From Phycisphaerae bacterium (GTDB lineage Bacteria > Planctomycetota > Phycisphaerae > Phycisphaerales > SM1A02): a stretch of DNA of 63,575 nucleotides. The position numbers and the translations under genes were made by a program. The stretch is taken from NCBI GenBank assembly GCA_002700845.1, contig PAFA01000062.1:1-63575 (forward strand). The letters are read 5' to 3'. Under the pieces are notes generated by a model. That model did no database searches and was not told where the DNA came from. It saw nothing but the letters and a program-made list of their open reading frames with translations. Below, piece by piece: positions 23,601 through 31,925 of this stretch; within the stretch, counting starts at the first letter, position 1; each line of letters begins with the position of its first letter.

Positions 23601-26600
23601 CCCAGGAAGAAACGCAATTGTGGTCGCGCTGAATCCAGCGGATCGCGAACGTGTTACGTCACTGCTCAAGGCCCTGGACCGCGGCAATCCTGAGTCCTCC
23701 GCAGAGGTCCGGTTGGTTCAATTGCAGCGCAATCGTGCCAATGACATTGTGAACATTGTCCGCCGGGTACTGGATCCAGGCGACAGTGCGGTTGGCACTT
23801 CACTCGCCAAGGGTATGGCCGCTCAGCTTCAGGCACTTCGTGTTCACCAAGACGGGGGCGCAGACGAAGACTTGGCTCTTGATCTGACCGTTCCAATTAA
23901 GGTTCAGCCCGATGCCGCAAGCAACACGGTGGTTGTGACTTCTTCGCGACCCAATGTGCTGGCCATCGAAGCTTTTATTGAGATGCTTGATCGTGTTCCA
24001 GTGACGCCGGCGGTTTCGGTCAACGTCATGGTGCTCGATCACATGGATGCCCAGGCGTTTAGCAATCTGTTGCAGGATCTTTCCGCTCAAGCTGGTCGCT
24101 TCGCAAGAACCCCAGTTGCTGGCGTTCCAGGACTCCCGGCGGACCCCGCTGGTCGTGCACTTTTGACCGGTGTTGCAGTATCAGTGGATGAACGCACCAA
24201 TGCTGTGGTGGTCGCTGGTTCGGAAGAAGCCGTTGCCTTGGCTGAGGTCATTCGGATCAAGATGGACGTGCCATCATCTGATGGGTGGCTGGAACCGAGG
24301 TTGTTCCCCGTCCAGTACGCAAACGTCGAAGATTTGGCGGCGCGACTGAATGACCTCCTGTCGAATGCAGGGCAGGAGCCAGATGCCGCGCGGCGATTCG
24401 GTCGGCTTAGAGTCGTTCCCCCACTTGGCGATTCGGGTATGTACGACTCTCGCCTGAGTGCCCCTTTGGATGAAGTTTATGTAAGTGCAGAGACACGGTT
24501 GGGTGCGATTCTTGTTGTGGCTGAGCCGGATCATTTGCAAGTCGCAGCCGAGTTGATCGGAATGATGGACATACCCTCGTTCCGCAAAGGGGCTGGCTTC
24601 GCCACGATTGACTTGCTCAATGCCTCGGCTGAAATGGTTGCCGGCCGATTGCTGCGCGTGGTTGACGCGCAGCGAGAGATTGGTGCTCTTGGTGAAGATG
24701 ATGCCCTCCTGGTTGAGCCGGACATCGCCAGCAATGCCATCATTCTCTCTGGTTCCGAACCAGCGCTTGAACTGGCCCGTTCGGTGCTACCGAGTCTGGA
24801 TACGGAAAGCTCCGATGTGGTGGTCGAGACGATTGGTTTGGCTTTTGTCGATCCAGTTCGCGTTGCCGATGTGGCAGAGTCTCTGCTTCAAGCCAGGTCA
24901 CAAATGCGGGAGCGCATGGGCGCCGGTGCACGAGCCATTACTGAAACTGCGGTTGTACTTCCAGACCTGCGTACAAACAGCCTGCTGGTTACCGCCACGC
25001 AGACCGGTCTTGAAATCGTGAAAGACCTGGTCAATGAACTCGATGTCGAACGCGATCTCAATGAGACCATCTTTGAAGTAATTCCGGTTGGTCGAGCGGG
25101 ACTTTCTCGCACTGCTGATGCGGTCAGCCGTTTGCTGGAGCGCCGGACACTTGGATTGTCCGCGGATGAGCGTGCTCGTCGTCAGCCGCTGGTTATTCCC
25201 GACGCGAGGACAGGAGCACTTCTCGTCGCGGCAGCGCCCGAGGACATCGATGTCGTGCAGACCATTACCGATCAGTTGCTTGAGATCCCCGACGACCCAG
25301 CTCTGGGTCTTCATGTTGTTCCGGTGCCGGCAAATCTTGATGTGGAAGATGTCGCCCGCCGCATTGAGCAACTGATGCGAGAACGAGAGCGCTCACTTGG
25401 TGACGCTGTCGGTCCGGATGACCGTGTGGTTGTGGAGCCAGAACGATCCGCGAATGCATTGCTTGTTGCGGCAAATCAGGCCAACCTAGAAGAAGTTGAA
25501 TACCTGGTCGAGCTTCTTTCCTCTACCGGTGATCAGTTGTTGAAAGACCGTGAGATTGCCCTGATCGCGGTTGAGGGTGATACCGCGGAAAACATGTCCG
25601 ATTTGCTCGATGAGCTTTATGTTGACGATGCCAATCGCCGCCGTCCCAATTCCGTCCGTGTGGTGCCTGATTCTCGATCCAATGGGGTCCTGGTGAACGG
25701 GTCTCCGGGGGATGTTCGGGCTATACGGGATTTGATTCAGCGTCTTGATACCCAAGACCCTGCCCGACTCGTTGAGGTGCGAACGGTTGCTCTGGCCTCG
25801 GCAAATTCGATTGAAACCGTTGCCCTGATCGAGAGTGTTCTCCGCGGCGGCGGGCGATCACGCCGCGGTGCGGCCACTGTTCTCCGCTACCTGGGTGAAG
25901 ACGGTGATCCTGTTGAAGTCTCATTGGCCCTGCGTGATGTCATTGCATTAACGCCTGATGTTCGAACCAACTCGGTGATTGTTTCTGCGCCCCCCGACTC
26001 GCTCTCCTTGCTGGTTCGGATGATTTCAGATCTTGACACCTCAAGCACCGGGGCAAAGAGTGTGCGTGTGTTCGAACTGGTCAACGCGGATGCAGCGGCC
26101 ATGCGTGAGATTTTGATTGACCTCTTCAATCTTCGTCAATCTGGAAACCTGTATGTCCTGAAACCTCGTGAGGGTGGCGGAGTTCCAGACAGCAGTGGGG
26201 CCGAAGCGCTTTCTGATTTGGGAGGTGGTGAAGGATTCTTGGGCGATGATTTGACCGCGGTGCCAGATGAGCGTCAACAACTTTCCATAACGGTGGACCG
26301 CCGGACCAACTCACTCTTGGTTTCGGGCACGCCAAAGTATTTGGACCTGGTCAAAAATGTTGTTGAGCAGTTGGACTCTCTCGAAGCCAACGAGAGAGAG
26401 ACTTTTACGGTCCAGCTCCGGAATGCAAGAGCTTCGGATGTAGCCAGCATCGTTTCTGAATTCGTTGAGGAAGAGCAGCGAAAATTAGTGGGCACTCTTT
26501 CGGATGAACAGCTTGGTTCAGCAACCCGACTTCTGGAGCGAGAAATCACCATCAAGGGTGATGAGAAAACCAACACGGTTTTGGTGTCGGCCTCTCCCCG

Positions 26601-27510
26601 GCACTCTGATCGGGTTCGGCAGCTTCTCGAGCAGCTCGATGTCGACCCGCCGCAGGTGTTGATTGGAGTCATGCTGGCTGAAGTCACTTTGGACAACTCC
26701 GCCACTGACGGTATCGAGGCCAGCGTTGCGGCCGGTGGTGGTACCGCCCGCGGCACGCTTGGGTTTGGACTTGGAACCGCAGCACTCACCGGAGTTGCAG
26801 CGCCGAGCATGGAGGTTTCGGGCGCCGATTTTGGACTGTTCCTTCGGGCTCTTCGCGCTCAGGGTCGGCTTCAGGTGCTGTCAAATCCGGCGGTGATGGC
26901 GGCCAATAATGAGCCTGCACGCTTGCAGGTCGGTGATCTCATCCGTGTTGCCGATCAACAGTCGGTAAGTGCCAACGGTGTCAACACGACGACACGTGAA
27001 GAGCAGTTGGGCATCACCCTTGAGGTAACGCCAACGATTACGCCAGACGGTTTTGTACGCATGGATGTCAAGCCTTCGATCCGAGATCTGTCCGCACGAT
27101 CTGTTCAGATCTCCGAAGATTTAATCTCGCCGGTGATTACGACTCGCGAGGCTGAGACCACTGTCACCGTTAAGGATGGACAAACTATTGTTTTGGGTGG
27201 CTTGATCTCTGATCGCTACGAAAAACGAACTGAAAAAGTTCCTTTGTTGGGTGACCTTCCAGGAGTGGGTTATTTTTTCCGTGGCGAGCGTGAAACAGAT
27301 GCTCGTACCGAGCTCTTGATTGTGCTGACGCCACATGTGATTGAATCTCCAAAGCGAAGTTCGCGTGTCTCCGAGATTACTGACCGTGAGGCTTCGCGGC
27401 TTACGCTTCCGGAAGAAGTTCTTGACATGATTCGTGAGGGGCGCATCGATCCAACGAGTGGTTTGTTTGATGCCAACGGTGACCGGGTTGACTTTTCGGA
27501 GGAAGAATGA
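17659..27510 (+). CDS. giant secretin (GspD-like) with about 34 tandem secretin N-domain repeats
   Basis: GGAGG RBS with TTG start, signal peptide, N0 (ITFSFKEATF), repeated DxRTNxL-V motifs. C-terminal secretin domain starts near 26641 (PQVLIGVMLAEV, VLSNP, GITLEVTPTI, VKDGQTIVLGGLI, KVPLLGDLP, ELLIVLTPHVI). Confidence 0.93.
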   Translation: MSTSPRTFLAPLLLGGLVVASPLLAAAPRANMVTLEDGPALPESSEPVITFSFKEATFEQVVDFFGRAAGLPVVWEASPPPGTLRYQSDRTYGVDDGLQVLNTILQAKGVMLRRREDMLYLQPLAEMAKRDVPTFVGSLPDSVTDDEVVTLVLPLRIASASALVEQLRGLVAGYGSVSALPQQNALVVVETAAQVRRLAGMVASFDAQDTDGVVRIIKLQHVGANEIMGPLRSLLAVRVERYVVDAKGKQVKVEDEQIPGITFSPDPRTNSLIIKGGEAQIAKLEEAVRLLDVPTDRSSGRRTFSLENSTPQDLIRALGPFVNQLPRDKRPRLLPIAVTNRLFATGNDAVLEELAGLVAEYDGGGVKVPQEDGAPAIEVISLDAVRASDILPQIRGVLSIRQQQVLRMVAGPEDRTLILAGPRADVEAVKEVLPVFDKLRAGERDIVILPLRGPDAQSSVERALDLARDRLAGRAISAADQTIEAIFDSTQGAVRIEATRVGVDAFRAALDELDQIPLVAPSVRQVPVQYGEASEVASDLAALLQMLSEVHGRRPAEVSAVSAINSLLLTGSTEAVAEAESLLLKVDLPRPGEQLVRTVSVKGVADPEELLEEARGFFDILAVGAGMADAKVEASYKDEAEVIVLSGSAKAVQRMEEALQQARSAMPAEDVRRVIAVQRGDAEEVADRLRNALDEYPTAPGETINPLDISVLSVTNELVLRGPEEWVETGVALLSRVDRLNDGPLPPLRLLGVRNTDASTVADLLRRRFDARGADERRSDPVDIDVADGANVLIVTASEERQVEIKGLVDELNAFGGADREGRVIRIFPLKTAQAEELARTLDEMFPEKPVPLDRRGRPMTELREPRDVVVRANRQTNSLIVDALADRMSSFEELVRQLDREQVRTETSIRTYRLNDADPERVAASLRELSAQGVLNSAGGDRRVPVNVSVEEATKSLIVSGPEEAFARIESLIENLDVAPPRAATELRFFQLKHAQADRMAQMFRPILQARLQELMPELKDQRGALEVTAAPETNTLIVSAPVELQGVAQELVDRLDRLAHAGRRTFRTQRLDPSIADAEEIARNLRRLLEREGGPRVRVVTLEELLSEQEDSPDKKNPKSIGEGGISARSLPGMIAASALGLSSNPDDGDLAQDDVDLIVAVDAATNSLVYLGSPESIKSATELVNELAAELPPPPVEILSIDLPDSINPNALVNLLQDALLQLDVAGATSRAQRIGILSNVENNAIVVTGTESDLQLVTRLLSAIAKPESGSPREARVFRLENTDADNAVAAIYTLVGKEIRGFFRSRSRDEQPKSVTLSYAGFDPVSIRSDQVDATADWSSGTVMVTAPVKALPILSAFIADLDQQEDGTATAVKSFRLEFAQAEGIQKTILPIVSSQFASIDRYGGQRNAALEIRADARTNTLVVAGSEEQIQAVSGLVDILDVSDEAEGLRQRKIELVRVLEAEPTTVARALREQFPRGRGNELTVTVDPRTRSIAIGGTEGVLSQVRELVAMLDQPEAAEETILQTFRLDEGRAEEAVRLLTASLGLDAQGRTTGTAVLAEGSDQAVLVRARIVADRRTNAVVVNATQESMPIIERLLEDISAAPPKPMREFHVVQLEHAMADDVVYTLQRISDRGTRDEPGPSFDFERDANRVIVRATTDQWQNIQEVIGSLDRPVDNPLLTEIVSLQWSEAKQVREALGIFYGTYAYAATTPAQRSVSIVADPSTGSLVISAPEGEWDSIRSLISKLDREENDASLQLRSFTLDHADARAVARAINEAFAGELTGRNQRGGQPSRNGRDDREAPPAVLVEANEWVRASAETETNSVVVAANRNRMEKIAEIVISLDTAGEEAQGGVVEVIRIASASSAVIADELRRTFNPIAKRRNQPLSIQASVASNALIVSAPPPLMERIEQTVAALEASAPIDGESVLIIDLDHVSPQDAQRFLNSVGAGGGKDAAGRNFREPLRISPVPGRNAIVVALNPADRERVTSLLKALDRGNPESSAEVRLVQLQRNRANDIVNIVRRVLDPGDSAVGTSLAKGMAAQLQALRVHQDGGADEDLALDLTVPIKVQPDAASNTVVVTSSRPNVLAIEAFIEMLDRVPVTPAVSVNVMVLDHMDAQAFSNLLQDLSAQAGRFARTPVAGVPGLPADPAGRALLTGVAVSVDERTNAVVVAGSEEAVALAEVIRIKMDVPSSDGWLEPRLFPVQYANVEDLAARLNDLLSNAGQEPDAARRFGRLRVVPPLGDSGMYDSRLSAPLDEVYVSAETRLGAILVVAEPDHLQVAAELIGMMDIPSFRKGAGFATIDLLNASAEMVAGRLLRVVDAQREIGALGEDDALLVEPDIASNAIILSGSEPALELARSVLPSLDTESSDVVVETIGLAFVDPVRVADVAESLLQARSQMRERMGAGARAITETAVVLPDLRTNSLLVTATQTGLEIVKDLVNELDVERDLNETIFEVIPVGRAGLSRTADAVSRLLERRTLGLSADERARRQPLVIPDARTGALLVAAAPEDIDVVQTITDQLLEIPDDPALGLHVVPVPANLDVEDVARRIEQLMRERERSLGDAVGPDDRVVVEPERSANALLVAANQANLEEVEYLVELLSSTGDQLLKDREIALIAVEGDTAENMSDLLDELYVDDANRRRPNSVRVVPDSRSNGVLVNGSPGDVRAIRDLIQRLDTQDPARLVEVRTVALASANSIETVALIESVLRGGGRSRRGAATVLRYLGEDGDPVEVSLALRDVIALTPDVRTNSVIVSAPPDSLSLLVRMISDLDTSSTGAKSVRVFELVNADAAAMREILIDLFNLRQSGNLYVLKPREGGGVPDSSGAEALSDLGGGEGFLGDDLTAVPDERQQLSITVDRRTNSLLVSGTPKYLDLVKNVVEQLDSLEANERETFTVQLRNARASDVASIVSEFVEEEQRKLVGTLSDEQLGSATRLLEREITIKGDEKTNTVLVSASPRHSDRVRQLLEQLDVDPPQVLIGVMLAEVTLDNSATDGIEASVAAGGGTARGTLGFGLGTAALTGVAAPSMEVSGADFGLFLRALRAQGRLQVLSNPAVMAANNEPARLQVGDLIRVADQQSVSANGVNTTTREEQLGITLEVTPTITPDGFVRMDVKPSIRDLSARSVQISEDLISPVITTREAETTVTVKDGQTIVLGGLISDRYEKRTEKVPLLGDLPGVGYFFRGERETDARTELLIVLTPHVIESPKRSSRVSEITDREASRLTLPEEVLDMIREGRIDPTSGLFDANGDRVDFSEEE

Positions 27511-28034
27511 AGCCCGCCGCGTTCGGCATCATGATCTTTGGGCTGCTGGGTTGTCAGACCACAGAGGTCACCACCAACGATGGCCGCGCCCTTCCTCCCG
27601 TGCCGACACCAATTCCGCAGCCTCCAGAAAATATCCAAATTGATGCCATGACCTTGCTTGTCGGCCAACGCCCCATTGATGTTGATGGCGATGGTTATCC
27701 CGATCGGATTGAAGCGGCCGTTGCTCTATTTTCTGAAGCCTTCGCCGCCTCTTCGCTCCGGGTCGACGGAACAATCACGTTTGAGTTGGTCCCACGTGGA
27801 GCCGATCAAGTTCCCATTGCCCAGTGGTCAGTCAAAACGGATGATCTTGCGCTTCAATCCGTGGATGCGTTGTATGGACCGGCATGGCAAATTGCCCTTG
27901 ATCTCCGCGAGGTTGCGGATCCTGTCCGACCTTTGGAATGGGTAAATCTTCGCGCGTCGTTTCAGCCAGTTCAAGGTCGATCGGTGCAGACCAGTGAGGA
28001 GCCTCGTTTGATTCAAATCGGGCATGACTTGTAA
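27507..28034 (+). CDS. lipoprotein, candidate secretin pilotin/accessory protein
   Basis: Lipobox LLGC after a hydrophobic leader, Pro-rich tether, DVDGDGYPD motif; ATGA overlap with the secretin stop. Confidence 0.7.
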   Translation: MKPAAFGIMIFGLLGCQTTEVTTNDGRALPPVPTPIPQPPENIQIDAMTLLVGQRPIDVDGDGYPDRIEAAVALFSEAFAASSLRVDGTITFELVPRGADQVPIAQWSVKTDDLALQSVDALYGPAWQIALDLREVADPVRPLEWVNLRASFQPVQGRSVQTSEEPRLIQIGHDL

Positions 28035-28381
28035 TGGGTCTGTTTGACGGCACAGCGCTCCAGCGGCCGGTGACGTGTCCAGCGTGTCAGAAGCAGATAG
28101 ATGATTGCCATTGCCCGCGTAATGCTGAGGGGGTCCCATGCCACCCCAAGGACCAGCGCATCCTGGTTCGGATTGAGAAGCGTCCTGGAGGACGCAAGGT
28201 CACTGTGGCGCGTGGCTTTGATCCGGTCGCCTCAGATCTGAGTGCAGTGTTGCGGGAATTCAAATCGAAATGTGGCGGCGGCGGGACGGTTCGTGAGGAC
28301 ACTGTTGAGGTCCAGGGTGAGCACGGATCGATGGTGCTCAAGGTGCTTCTCGAGCTTGGATACCCAGGACGTATTGGGTGA
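28034..28381 (+). CDS. translation initiation factor SUI1/YciH family
   Basis: EKRPGGRKVTV, KSKCGGGGTV, EVQGEH; N-terminal CxxC..CxC. Confidence 0.9.
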   Translation: MGLFDGTALQRPVTCPACQKQIDDCHCPRNAEGVPCHPKDQRILVRIEKRPGGRKVTVARGFDPVASDLSAVLREFKSKCGGGGTVREDTVEVQGEHGSMVLKVLLELGYPGRIG

Positions 28382-28402
28382 GCCTCGGTACAATCCCGTG
28401 CG

Positions 28403-28915
28403 ATGCCACACCAATACGAAACAGTCTCTGACGCGAAAATTGGGATTTTGATGGGCTCCGCCAGTGATTGGCCGACCATGCAATCTGCAGCAAAAGCACT
28501 CCAAGATTTGGCGGTGCCTTACGAGGCCAACGTCATTTCTGCCCACCGTGCTCCACGTCGATTGGAGCACTACTGCGCCTCGGCTGAAGGCCGGGGTATT
28601 CGGGCTTTGATCTGTGCCGCGGGTGGCGCGGCCCATCTGGCTGGTGTGGCTGCTGCTTTGACTCCGATTCCGGTGTTGGCCTGCCCTATGAAGGCCTGGA
28701 GTCTTGAAGGTTTGGATTCACTTCTTTCAATGGCTCAAATGCCGAAGGGCATCCCGGTGGCCACTTTTGCGATTGGCTCCGCTGGTGCAACCAACGCGGC
28801 CTTGTTCGCTGTGGCCATGCTGGCGGGTACTGATCAGACTATTGATGCCCGCTATCGAGCATTCCGTAAGGCTCAGTCGGACAAGACTTTTCCGCTGCCT
28901 CCGGTTGAGGGCTGA
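28403..28915 (+). CDS. purE: N5-carboxyaminoimidazole ribonucleotide mutase
   Basis: IGILMGSASD, ISAHR, AGGAAHL, QMPKGIPVAT. Confidence 0.96.
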   Translation: MPHQYETVSDAKIGILMGSASDWPTMQSAAKALQDLAVPYEANVISAHRAPRRLEHYCASAEGRGIRALICAAGGAAHLAGVAAALTPIPVLACPMKAWSLEGLDSLLSMAQMPKGIPVATFAIGSAGATNAALFAVAMLAGTDQTIDARYRAFRKAQSDKTFPLPPVEG

Positions 28916-29165
28916 TCCCTAAATTCCCCAGTATTTGGGGTATCCCATTCCATCTTTTCAGTGCTAAAGTCGTTGGCTCGGCTGCGTTGTCTTTTTTGTG
29001 ATACGGCACAACAGACCTGCGTCCGAGAATATGGACCTTTTGCCGCCAGAAACGGCAGGTCCGAGAATGTTTTGAGCACACGCTCGGGGAGCCTCTGAGC
29101 GTTTGTTCATCCGATGATGAATCAGCGCTGTAGCGCCGAACTTCACCCTGTTAGGAGACCTTTCC

Positions 29166-31853
29166 ATGCATCGCATCGTCGCACTTGCCCTGGCCGCCGC
29201 TTCTTTGGCAACCGCCGAATTACCGAAATTCGATCAGGTATCGAAAGGTTTTAAAGAAGTGGTTTCGACCGCTGATGGCTCTCGTCCCCTCTACCGGATC
29301 TGGAAAAAAGACAACAGCCTCTTGGCTGAGCTGCCACGCGGCTGGGAACGTCAGCAGCACATCATTGCGGCGACTCAAAACCGGGGCACGATCTTTGCGG
29401 GCCTTCAGGGTCCAGAAGTCCTGGTGTACTGGAAGCGCAATGGTGATCGTTTGATGGTCATGACTCCCGAATTGGGAACTCGATCCAATGGTGAGCAGGA
29501 ATCCAAGGATTCCGTGAGGCGCATCTTCACCGACACCATGTTGTTCGACGTTCCAATTTTGGCGATGGGTCCTTCTGGGCAACCGGTAGTTGACCTGGAC
29601 AGCTTGCTGTTGCGATCCGCGGCAGGCGGCCTGGGTCTTGGTGGTCTGAATGCCGGCCTTGCTGAAGTGGTGACGGCCAAAACATTCCCTCAGAACACTG
29701 TGGTGTCCTTCGATGTCCCGAATCGAGGGGGACAAATTGTTGGCCTCTTCTTCTCGATTGTCGATTTGCCTCGTAACAACGGTTACAAGCCTCGTGAAGC
29801 AGACAACCGTATTGGTTACTTCATGACCAGCTATCGCGACCTTGGTGACTACAACCAAAAGACCAAATGGAAGCGGTACATCCACCGCTGGAATCTGCAG
29901 AAGCGTGACCCAAGTCTCAAGATGTCGCCGCCAAAAGAGCCCATCATTTATTACATCGAGCACACCGTTCCGGTGCGCTACCGCCGATGGCTTCGTCAGG
30001 GCGTCCTTTACTGGAACAATGCATTTGCCGAAGTGGGCATTGACAATGCCATCGAGGTTTATTTCCAGGACAAGCAAACTGGTGCCCACATGGACAAGAG
30101 TCCTGAGGACGTCCGGTTTAGCTTTATCCGCTGGCTGAACAATGATGTGTCGACCGCGATTGGCCCATCACGCGCCAACCCCTTGACGGGTGAAATTTTT
30201 GATGCGGACATCGTTCTGACCGATGGTTGGATTCGCGCGTACTGGGGGTGGTACTACGAAGATTCTCCAGACATCGTTGCTGAAGGCATGAGTTCTGAAT
30301 TGCGTGACTGGTATGACGCCAATCCGCACTGGGATCCACGTCTTCTGATTGCGTCCCCTGCTCGCCGATCAGAGTTGATTGACGCCCGTTCTTCGGTCAC
30401 GGCAGATTCACCAGAGCCGGCGATTGCTCACAACCCAGAACTGTTCGGCACCTGTGCCTCAGCCGGTTGCACCGAATGTATGGCCGCGCAGGGCTTGGCT
30501 TCTCATATGGCCTTTGCCGGACTGATGGGTGAAGATCTGGCCATGTTCGCTCCCGAGGGCGACGACGGCGCACAGTTGGACGGCATTCCCGAGTGGTTTG
30601 TCGGGCCTTTGTTTGCTGAGTTGGTGTGCCACGAAGTAGGCCACACCCTTGGTCTACGTCATAACTTCAAGGCTTCCAGTCTTTACACCCATGAGCAAAT
30701 GAACTCTGAAGAATTCAAGGGCAAGAAGACTATCGCCGGATCGGTGATGGATTATCTGCCGCCTAACTTCCGCGTTGATGCGGGTGAAGTCCAAGGCGAC
30801 TTCACCATGATCGATGTTGGTCCTTACGACAAGTGGGCGATTCGGTACGGCTACACGTTTGGTGACCCTTCCGAAGTGCTAAAAGAAGTCAATATTCCTG
30901 AGCATGCGTATCTCACGGATGATGACACTGTGGGCCCCGACCCATTTGCTCGTCGGTATGACTTCACTGCTGATCCACACGGCTACGCACAGGAGATCAT
31001 GCAAATCGTAGAGATGAAGCGTGAGAAAATCCTCTCTGACTTTGTGAAAGAGGGTGAGAGTTGGTCTCGTTCCCGAACGGGCTATCTCAAGACCTTGTCC
31101 ATGCAAAGCCGCATGATCTCCATGATGTCCAACTGGCTCGGTGGCTCTGATGTCTCCCGTAACCAAAAGGGTGATCCCGATGCTCGTCCCCCAGTGATTC
31201 CAGTGCAAGCAGATCCTCAGCGCGAAGCATTGGCCTTTGTGATGGCGAATGCCTTTGAAGACGAAGCTTTCGGTGTCACCACCGAACTGCTCCGCCACAT
31301 GACCACGGATCAGTGGTCAGACAATTCCGAGGGTGATCGGTCAGACCCAACTTTCCCAATTCACAGTCGGATTTCGGGCATCCAACGTTCGGCCCTTTCG
31401 CAGATCATGAACCCGGTGACTTTGCGTCGCGTTTATGACAACGAAATCGCAACCCCCGCAGATGTTGATCAGATCACTTTGGCTGAGGTTATGGAGGAAG
31501 TGGTTGCCAATGTCTTCCGTGAATTGGACGGGCAAGTGAACGGTGGTTCATCTCGTGAACCAGCAATCTCCAACTGGCGGCGTGGTCTTCAGGCTGAAAT
31601 GGTTTCGCGTTTGGCAGAATTGTCATCCGGGAAGTCTGGTATGCCTGGCCCAACCCGGACCTTGTCCACCATGCACCTGAAGCGGCTAAAAGGTCGTTTG
31701 GCTCGGGCCATGAAAGGCAAGGCTGACCCTTACACCGAAGCTCATCTTGATGATCTGCACATGGCCATTGACCGCGCTCTGAACCGTATCGAAACGGTCG
31801 CGGGGGCTGCTGAGCCCGCCGTAAACTTTGGTCGATTCTTCGGCGCTTCCTAA
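29166..31853 (+). CDS. secreted zinc-dependent metalloprotease (metzincin, DUF5117/DUF4953 EcxA-like)
   Basis: Signal peptide; READNRIGYF, HEVGHTLGLRHNF zinc motif, SVMDY Met-turn, GPYDKWAIRYGY. Confidence 0.9.
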   Translation: MHRIVALALAAASLATAELPKFDQVSKGFKEVVSTADGSRPLYRIWKKDNSLLAELPRGWERQQHIIAATQNRGTIFAGLQGPEVLVYWKRNGDRLMVMTPELGTRSNGEQESKDSVRRIFTDTMLFDVPILAMGPSGQPVVDLDSLLLRSAAGGLGLGGLNAGLAEVVTAKTFPQNTVVSFDVPNRGGQIVGLFFSIVDLPRNNGYKPREADNRIGYFMTSYRDLGDYNQKTKWKRYIHRWNLQKRDPSLKMSPPKEPIIYYIEHTVPVRYRRWLRQGVLYWNNAFAEVGIDNAIEVYFQDKQTGAHMDKSPEDVRFSFIRWLNNDVSTAIGPSRANPLTGEIFDADIVLTDGWIRAYWGWYYEDSPDIVAEGMSSELRDWYDANPHWDPRLLIASPARRSELIDARSSVTADSPEPAIAHNPELFGTCASAGCTECMAAQGLASHMAFAGLMGEDLAMFAPEGDDGAQLDGIPEWFVGPLFAELVCHEVGHTLGLRHNFKASSLYTHEQMNSEEFKGKKTIAGSVMDYLPPNFRVDAGEVQGDFTMIDVGPYDKWAIRYGYTFGDPSEVLKEVNIPEHAYLTDDDTVGPDPFARRYDFTADPHGYAQEIMQIVEMKREKILSDFVKEGESWSRSRTGYLKTLSMQSRMISMMSNWLGGSDVSRNQKGDPDARPPVIPVQADPQREALAFVMANAFEDEAFGVTTELLRHMTTDQWSDNSEGDRSDPTFPIHSRISGIQRSALSQIMNPVTLRRVYDNEIATPADVDQITLAEVMEEVVANVFRELDGQVNGGSSREPAISNWRRGLQAEMVSRLAELSSGKSGMPGPTRTLSTMHLKRLKGRLARAMKGKADPYTEAHLDDLHMAIDRALNRIETVAGAAEPAVNFGRFFGAS

Positions 31854-31877
31854 GCCAAGATTGATATCGAACTCTTT

Positions 31878-31908
31878 GGGAGGACCTTCGGGTCCTCCCT
31901 TTTCTTTT
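31878..31908 (+). terminator. Rho-independent terminator
   Basis: GGGAGGACC-TTCG-GGTCCTCCC followed by TTTTCTTTT. Confidence 0.9.
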
Positions 31909-31925
31909 GCCCCTAGCATGAGTGC

